From Candidatus Eiseniibacteriota bacterium (GTDB lineage Bacteria > Eisenbacteria > RBG-16-71-46), in NCBI GenBank assembly GCA_963744995.1, contig CAVUWA010000009.1, positions 32,001-96,000 of the forward strand: DNA of 64,000 bases, written 5' to 3'. A program made the position numbers and the translations under genes. The notes under the pieces are model-generated. The model was given only the letters and a program-made list of their open reading frames with translations. It searched no databases and was not told where the DNA came from. Shown here in pieces: positions 57,958 through 64,000 of this stretch (its first letter is position 1; every line of letters starts with the position of its first letter).

Positions 57958-59085
57958 TTGTCCAAATCCGATTCCGCCGGCACCTCGCGGCTGATCCAGC
58001 TGTGCGCCGGCTACTTCGTGTTCTACGTCGCGACCGGCGTTGCGGTGAAGTACTTCCTGCAGATCCGGGTGCCCCCGCTCAGCCAGATGGGCTATCTGGT
58101 GCAGAACACGATCGGCGGCTCGACGTTCGCCCTGCTGGTCGTGATCATCCTGGGCTGGATCCGGATGCAGTCCAACCGGCTGGTGCAGGTGGGACCGTTC
58201 CGGATTCCCGTCGAGGCGGCCTACATCGTTCCGTCGGGCGTCTTCACCGCGATCATCATTCCGACCACGACCCTCATGTACACGCTGCCGATCTCGGTGA
58301 TGGTGGCGATGGTGATCATGCGCGGCAGCGTGATCGTGATCAGCCGGGTCGTGGACGCGATCCTGGCCAGACAGGGCATCCTCAAGAAGCGGGTCTACCA
58401 CGAGGAGAACGTGGCGGTGGTGTTCGCGCTGCTGGCGGTGGCGACCCACGTCCTGCTGGTGCCGGTGGCGTCGTGGCTCGAGGCGCGCGGCGTGCCGGCG
58501 GAGCACTGGACCGGCGTCGATCCGAGCTCGGCGCGCGGCAGCTTCGACTTCCTGCACAACCACGCCGCGATGACGATCCTCGGCTCGTACGTAGTCGCGT
58601 ACTCGTTCCGCATCTACATCATGAACTACTTCAAGAACACGCGCGGCAAGGGCGTCTCGCAGGACAACCGCGGTTTCTTCGCGATCGAACAGGTCGCTGC
58701 GGCGACGACGATGGTGATCATCGGCGTGGTCGTGTTCTATTCACCGGGCCTGTTCGGCTGGACCGGACCGCTGGTGGACGATTTCCGCGCAGGGCTCATG
58801 CACCCGCACTGGTCTCCCGTGCTCTCGGGGATCCCGTTCGGCGTGGTGGCGTTCTTCTCGGTGTTCATCTTCCTGTTCCGCGGGCGCACCGCCACCTTCG
58901 CCGGCCTCGTGAACCGGCTCACCTCGCTCATGGCCGGCACCGCGGCCACGCTGCTGATGTTCTTCGTGTTCGGCAGCGCGTTCCCGTCGATGCGCGACTG
59001 GGTGTCGCTGGCGTTCATCCTGATCGCGGTGTGGTTCCTGGCGCGTGCGGAGCGGCGGCGCATGGCGGAGTTGAGCACGGCCTGA
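57958..59085 (+). CDS. Multi-pass membrane protein (~10 TM), possibly DMT-superfamily transporter
   Basis: About ten hydrophobic segments; TTG start after AAGGAG; IPTTTLMYT...MRGSVIVI..VD and VNRLTSLMAG. Confidence 0.6.
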   Translation: MSKSDSAGTSRLIQLCAGYFVFYVATGVAVKYFLQIRVPPLSQMGYLVQNTIGGSTFALLVVIILGWIRMQSNRLVQVGPFRIPVEAAYIVPSGVFTAIIIPTTTLMYTLPISVMVAMVIMRGSVIVISRVVDAILARQGILKKRVYHEENVAVVFALLAVATHVLLVPVASWLEARGVPAEHWTGVDPSSARGSFDFLHNHAAMTILGSYVVAYSFRIYIMNYFKNTRGKGVSQDNRGFFAIEQVAAATTMVIIGVVVFYSPGLFGWTGPLVDDFRAGLMHPHWSPVLSGIPFGVVAFFSVFIFLFRGRTATFAGLVNRLTSLMAGTAATLLMFFVFGSAFPSMRDWVSLAFILIAVWFLARAERRRMAELSTA

Positions 59086-59113
59086 GGCGGCGCGGTGCGG
59101 CGCCGCGCCCGTC

Positions 59114-60718
59114 TCAGCGTGGGGCGGGCGCCGCGGGCGCCGCGGGCGGCTCGACCGGCGCGTAGACGTAGCGCGGCGACTGCTGCAGACCCGCGCTCGG
59201 CAGCAGGGCCTCGGCGAGCGCCGGGAACGAGTCGCGCACCGCGTAGCCGCGGGCGATCACGCGCCAGTAGCGGTTCGAACGGTCGCCCACGTCCTCGAGC
59301 GGCACGTCGGTCACCAGCCACGGCCGGCCGGGCCCGTTCATCAGGGTCGCGAACTGCCGGTCGAAATAGGTCGGATCGCGCCGGGCCAGCGCGTTTCCCT
59401 CCGAGCGCAGGATGTCCTCGAGGCCGAGCAGGTGCAGCGAGGGCCGCTCGCCGGCGTCGGGCAGGTAGAAGCCATGGTTGAGGATCAGGGTGCGCCCGGG
59501 GATCTGGTGCAGCCGCTGGTACAGGGCGTCGCGCAGCGCCCGACCGTTCGTCTGCGGTATGTAGTGCCGCACCGAGAACAGCATCGGCACGTACTGGAGC
59601 GACAGCAGCCACAGGACGCCGGCCAGGGCCGCCGCGAGCGGCACGGCGCGGTCGGTGAGCCGGCGTGCGATGTGCCACGCGGCCATCGGTGCCACCAGTG
59701 CGAGCGCGGTCACCATGGGCATCAGCGTGTGCCGGAACGAGTACGGGTCGAGGGTGGCGAGCGCGGCGGTCGCGAACCCGCCGCCCGCGGCCCACCACCA
59801 GATCGAGGGTCCGCCGTCGGTCTCGGCGCGGCGCGCCCCGGGCAGCAGGCTGAACAGGGTCAGCGTGGTGCTGACGCCGAATACGCCGAACAGGTAGCGC
59901 CCCAGGTTCTCGATCTTGATGAGGTCGAACGTGGACCAGTGCGACGGTACGTCGTAGGTGTAGAACGTGAACCAGCCCCCGAAGTACGCGTTCATCAGCG
60001 CGTAGCCGCCGCCCGCGACCGCGGCCAGCGTGACGGCGTACGCCGCCAGGCGGCGCCGGTCGTGGAGCCAGAGCCACGGCAGCATCGCGACGCCGAACAG
60101 CAGGCCGTGCTGCTTGGTGAGGAACGAGAAGCCGAGGCACGCGGCGGCGGCGATCGCCCCCGCGCGGCCGGTGGTCTCGCGCAGCAGGGCGACGCCGAGG
60201 AACGCCAGCAGGACGAGCTGCGAGTTGGGCTGCACCAGATCGTAGCTGCCGCCGCAGAAGCCGTAGGCGCCGAGAAACAGGCCGGGAGCGATCAGGGCGA
60301 GCGACCAGCGGCCCGTCTCGCGGCGGACGATCCGGGCGAGCAGTGCCGCGGTGAGCAGCGTTTCGGCGACGGCGACGGCGCGCCCGACCCAGAGATGATC
60401 GCCGAAGATCTGCACGAACGGCGCGACGACGATGAAGTAGCCGGGCATGTAGGCGAGCGGCACGAAATCGAACGTGGGGGCGGGATAGATCGGCTGATGC
60501 ATGACCAGGCGCCGGATCGTATCCATCAGCACGCCTTCGACGTGCCCGAGCTCGAGCGGGTAGAACAGGCGCCGTGCGGCGAGCCAGACGAAGACGGCGG
60601 CGGCGCACGCGTGCAACAGCGCGCCGCAGGCGACCAGCAGCCGCAGGGCCGCACCGCTCCAGAGACGGGCGGCCGGCGCCGCCGCCGCTCGCGAAACCGG
60701 GTCCGAGGCAGAACTCAT
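59114..60718 (-). CDS. Membrane protein, probable GT-C (ArnT/PMT-like) glycosyltransferase
   Basis: YPLELGHVEG after TM1, YMP.Y, GR, TKQ motif, many TM helices. Confidence 0.65.
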   Translation of the reverse strand: MSSASDPVSRAAAAPAARLWSGAALRLLVACGALLHACAAAVFVWLAARRLFYPLELGHVEGVLMDTIRRLVMHQPIYPAPTFDFVPLAYMPGYFIVVAPFVQIFGDHLWVGRAVAVAETLLTAALLARIVRRETGRWSLALIAPGLFLGAYGFCGGSYDLVQPNSQLVLLAFLGVALLRETTGRAGAIAAAACLGFSFLTKQHGLLFGVAMLPWLWLHDRRRLAAYAVTLAAVAGGGYALMNAYFGGWFTFYTYDVPSHWSTFDLIKIENLGRYLFGVFGVSTTLTLFSLLPGARRAETDGGPSIWWWAAGGGFATAALATLDPYSFRHTLMPMVTALALVAPMAAWHIARRLTDRAVPLAAALAGVLWLLSLQYVPMLFSVRHYIPQTNGRALRDALYQRLHQIPGRTLILNHGFYLPDAGERPSLHLLGLEDILRSEGNALARRDPTYFDRQFATLMNGPGRPWLVTDVPLEDVGDRSNRYWRVIARGYAVRDSFPALAEALLPSAGLQQSPRYVYAPVEPPAAPAAPAPR

Positions 60719-60861
60719 GTCCCATTCATCGGCCCGCGCGGGACGTCCCTGCAGCCCCGCAACGGGGCGCACGACGGCTGCCTGGCGCGCGGCACCGCGC
60801 TGCGCGTGAAACTCGAACTCGCACGCGTAGTATACTGAATGGCAATGTGTTGGAGCGATGC

Positions 60862-61473
60862 TCAGGGGGCGAGCCGCTCGATCTTCCAGCCGTTCCCGTC
60901 GCTCAGGTAGACGAGCCGGTCGTGGAGCCGGTGCGGACCGGACTGCCAGAACTCGACCCGCACGGGGAGCAGGCGAAAGCCGCCCCAGTGGGCGGGGCGC
61001 GGCACTTCGCCCGAAGGGTATGCGGCCGCGACCCGGCGATAGCGGGCCTCGAGATCCGCCCGGTCCCTGAGCGGGCGGCTCTGCGGCGAGGCGATCGCGC
61101 CGAGGCGGCTGTCGCGGGAGCGGCTGCGGAAGTACGCGTCGGACTCGGCGGCGCTCACGCGCTCGACCCGGCCCTCGACGCGCACCTGCCGCCCGGCGGC
61201 GCGCCAGTAGAAGGTCAGGGCCGCCAGCGGGCGGGCGGCGAGTTCGCCGCCCTTGCGGCTCTGGTCATTCGTGTAGAAGACGAAGCCGCGGGCATCGGCG
61301 CCGCGCAGCAGCACCATGCGCACGGAGGGCATGCCCGACTCGCCGGCGGTCGCGAGCGCGCAGGCTTCGGGTTCCGGCTCGCCGCAGGCGCGCGCGTCTT
61401 CGAACCAGGCGTCGAAGGTCTGCATCGGCTCCGGCGCGAACGCGGCCGGATCGAGCGGCGGTCGATGGCTCAT
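60862..61473 (-). CDS. pdxH: Pyridoxamine 5'-phosphate oxidase
   Basis: PSVRMVLL, FYTN.QSRKG, RQVRVEG, S.QS, WGGF, EFWQ...RLHDR, RLAP. Confidence 0.96.
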   Translation of the reverse strand: MSHRPPLDPAAFAPEPMQTFDAWFEDARACGEPEPEACALATAGESGMPSVRMVLLRGADARGFVFYTNDQSRKGGELAARPLAALTFYWRAAGRQVRVEGRVERVSAAESDAYFRSRSRDSRLGAIASPQSRPLRDRADLEARYRRVAAAYPSGEVPRPAHWGGFRLLPVRVEFWQSGPHRLHDRLVYLSDGNGWKIERLAP

Positions 61474-61496
61474 GCGTGGAAGATAGCGGCCGAACG

Positions 61497-62681
61497 CTAG
61501 AACGCGAACGCCGCCTGCACCGCGTACAGGGTCTCGTGGCGGCCGGAGCCGCGCAGGAACGTCGTGCGCTGGCCGATCGCCTTCACGATGAGGCCGCGCT
61601 GCACGCGATAGCCGATGCCGCCCTCGAAGCGCGACACGTCGAGATCCCAGGCGCGCGCGGCGCCGGTCGAATCGATCACGTCGCCGAAGCGCAGGACGCC
61701 GAGGCGCCCGGCGGCGAAGGCCCCGGCGGTGAGCCCGACCCGGGCTTCGAGGTAGCCGCCGCGGACCTCGGCGTCGCCGGCGGTCGGCGTTTCCCAGGCG
61801 TTCCACGCCGCCTCGCCGCGCAGCTCGACGCGCGACACCAGCCACTCGGCGTCGGCCATGATCAGCTTCTGTGCGTAGCCGTTGACGGTCTTTCCCGGCG
61901 GAAGCCGATCCGCGAACGCGTCCGGCATCCACGGGCCGTACGAGCCGGAGACGCCCACCCGGACGCCCGGCCACGGCTGCAGGCCGACGCGGCCGAGCCA
62001 CGACTTGCCGTTGTTCCTGTCGCCACCGGGGTTGGCCGCACCGGGCGCGCCGAGCACGATCCCGGCGCTGTACTCGACCGGGCGCTCGCTGCCGGTCAGC
62101 ATCACGCCCGCATCCCAGCAGCGATCGTAGACGATCGGCATGCCTCGGAAGCCGCGTCCCGAGGCGTCGTAGACCGGGCCGAACGGGCCGGTGCCCGCGG
62201 CCGCCGCCAGCGCGTCGGCGGACGGCACCAGCCGGTCCGCGCGCAGCGCCGTGTGGTACTGGTACAGCAGCGGCGTGCCGATCAGCGGGTTGCGGTTCGC
62301 GTAGGTGCGCTCGGCGTAGGTGCCGATGCGCCACGGGATCTTGCCGGCGATGAGGTGCAGGTCGCGCGTTTCGACGGGGGTGAGCATCGCGTACGCGCCG
62401 ATGATCGAGACGCCCAGCTCCTCCTGGAAGAGGAGCTGCGAGAACACGTCCACGCCCCTGGCCACCGGCGCTTCGGCGAACAGCTTGAGCCGGTACGTGT
62501 CGAACTGGCTGTCGCCGTGGTTGAACTGGTTGAGCGTGAACGCGGCGCCGCGGCCGGCGCCGACGAGATCGAGCGAACCGCGCCAGCGCAGGTCGTCGAG
62601 CCCGGCCGCGGAAGCGGAGACGGCGCTGCACAGAACACCCGCGAGGCACAGCCATCCGAGACCACGGCGGGGGAGTCGCAT
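61497..62681 (-). CDS. Putative outer-membrane beta-barrel (porin-like) protein
   Basis: Signal peptide (SASA-A), amphipathic strands, C-terminal VQAAFAF ending in Phe. Confidence 0.72.
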   Translation of the reverse strand: MRLPRRGLGWLCLAGVLCSAVSASAAGLDDLRWRGSLDLVGAGRGAAFTLNQFNHGDSQFDTYRLKLFAEAPVARGVDVFSQLLFQEELGVSIIGAYAMLTPVETRDLHLIAGKIPWRIGTYAERTYANRNPLIGTPLLYQYHTALRADRLVPSADALAAAAGTGPFGPVYDASGRGFRGMPIVYDRCWDAGVMLTGSERPVEYSAGIVLGAPGAANPGGDRNNGKSWLGRVGLQPWPGVRVGVSGSYGPWMPDAFADRLPPGKTVNGYAQKLIMADAEWLVSRVELRGEAAWNAWETPTAGDAEVRGGYLEARVGLTAGAFAAGRLGVLRFGDVIDSTGAARAWDLDVSRFEGGIGYRVQRGLIVKAIGQRTTFLRGSGRHETLYAVQAAFAF

Positions 62682-64000
62682 CAGGCGGCCCGCGTCTGCG
62701 TATCGCGCTCGGCCTGCCCGCGTCCTGCGGGAACCCGGATCACGAACGTGGTGCCCTGCCCCGGCTCGCTGGTGAAACGGATCGTGCCCTGGTGCGCCTG
62801 AACGATGCCGCGGGCGATCGACAGCCCCACGCCGAGGCCCGCGGAATTGAACTCGAGCCGGGTCGACGAGTGGTGGTTGAGCGAGCTCTGGCCGGCGTAG
62901 GACATGTCGAGCAGTGTCGGCTGGCGCTCGGGCTGGATGCCGATCCCGGTGTCGGCCACGGCGATCTCGAGTTCATCGGCGTGGCGTCGTGCGCGGACGC
63001 GGACCTGGCCGCCGTCAGGCGTGAACCGGATGCCGTTGCGAACCAGGTGCGCGATCGCTTCGCTCAGCCGATGGCCGTCCACCCAGATCGAGCCGAGGTC
63101 GGCGGGCAGGTCCGCCTCGATCCGCACGTGACGCGTCGGCGCGTCATCGGTCGCGGCGGCGATGCCATCTTCGATCACCTCGCGCGCCGCGTGCTCGGTG
63201 CGCACCAGGTTCAGGCGCTCGCTCTCGATCTGCGCCATGCGCGTCGCCGCCTCGGTGATCCGGGTGAGCGTCTCCACCGAGCGCTCCATCGCTTCGAGAC
63301 CCTGCCGCTGCGAATCGGTGACCGGGCCGAGCCGCCCGCCCGCCATCAGCTCGCGGAATCCGGCGATCACGCTGATCGGCGTGCGCAGCTCGTGCGAAGC
63401 CACGTTCAGGAACTCGCTCTTCACCCGGGCGACGTCCTGCAGGCTGGCCACGTAGGCGCGGTGGCGGTGACGCATTTCGTCGAAGCGCCGCGCCAGATAG
63501 CCGATCTCGTCGTGCGGCGCAACGTCGATCGGGTAGTCGTAATTGCCGCGCTCCATTTCTTCGGCCCCGCGCACGAGCCGGTGGACCGGCGAGGTGATGC
63601 GCTCGGCGATCAGGTAGCCGGCGAGCAGCGCCGCAACGACCGCGGCGAGCCCCAGCTCGACCAGGTCCGCCTGCATGCGGCGCAGGAACGCCGTCTCGGT
63701 GTCGAGCGCGCGCTGCATGACGAAGATCTGACCGTCCCGCGGCCGGGTCCGTGCGAAAGGCCGCGCCAGCGTCAGATACACGTGGCCATTGGCCTTGAGC
63801 TCGGTGACGGTGCCGTCGGCGCGTTCTCCCGCGCCCGGACCCGCAGCCGGCGCGAAGCGCTCGACCAGACGCGCGCGTGCCTCACGACTGTCGAGCGTCG
63901 TGCCGGTGATGTCGCTTCCGGAGATGAAGGTCACCTCGCTGTGTGTGAGCTCGCGCAGCTGATTCGCGAGGTCGGGCCCGATCCGCGAGCCGAGCACCAG
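62681..64000 (-). CDS. HAMP-domain sensor histidine kinase (5' end outside the window)
   Basis: TM helix, HAMP (DEIGYLA..FDEM), H-box SHELRTP, N-box, DTGIG, GLGVGLSI, GTTF. Confidence 0.93.
   Translation of the reverse strand: MVLGSRIGPDLANQLRELTHSEVTFISGSDITGTTLDSREARARLVERFAPAAGPGAGERADGTVTELKANGHVYLTLARPFARTRPRDGQIFVMQRALDTETAFLRRMQADLVELGLAAVVAALLAGYLIAERITSPVHRLVRGAEEMERGNYDYPIDVAPHDEIGYLARRFDEMRHRHRAYVASLQDVARVKSEFLNVASHELRTPISVIAGFRELMAGGRLGPVTDSQRQGLEAMERSVETLTRITEAATRMAQIESERLNLVRTEHAAREVIEDGIAAATDDAPTRHVRIEADLPADLGSIWVDGHRLSEAIAHLVRNGIRFTPDGGQVRVRARRHADELEIAVADTGIGIQPERQPTLLDMSYAGQSSLNHHSSTRLEFNSAGLGVGLSIARGIVQAHQGTIRFTSEPGQGTTFVIRVPAGRGQAERDTQTRAA

Noticed and set aside
16305..61473. 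Co-occurrence of pdxST and pdxH as unusual
   Set aside because: De novo PdxST synthesis plus PdxH salvage is a known combination, and the genes are unlinked.

Overview
A very GC-rich bacterial chromosomal segment. Two secreted proteins with FlgD-Ig/T9SS-like C-terminal tails, a CxxxY-type CcmE, thyX and pdxST suggest an FCB-related lineage such as Ca. Eisenbacteria; this is inference only. About 55 genes are supported. Housekeeping blocks are mreBCD-mrdA-rodA-lgt-aroE-comF-rarA, a long mrp-iscS-pdxST-nrnA-ccmABCDEF run, fba-fbp, thyX-fdhD and pdxH. Other loci are a radical SAM/metallophosphoesterase/TlpA/redoxin operon, a small-protein/DinB/DUF72 cassette, an hcrCAB-like molybdoenzyme with xdhC and mocA, a kinase-STAND-TPR protein, LOG-kynureninase, and a sensor kinase coupled to an outer-membrane barrel. 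The strongest candidate for an undescribed system is a six-gene lipid operon (40289-47657): MMPL exporter, acyltransferase, YnbB/YnbA-like CDP-lipid enzymes, a stand-alone YnbC-type methyltransferase, and a class-V PLP enzyme fused to an SDR. Also notable are an unannotated sigma-54-type small RNA candidate with a CCUCC loop (992-1109, minus strand) and several genes that appear to start at CUG, including a ccmD missed by the ORF track. Two genes carry frameshifts that may be real or assembly errors. No rRNA, tRNA, CRISPR array or mobile element was recognised. All calls come from reading motifs by eye; no database searches were run.
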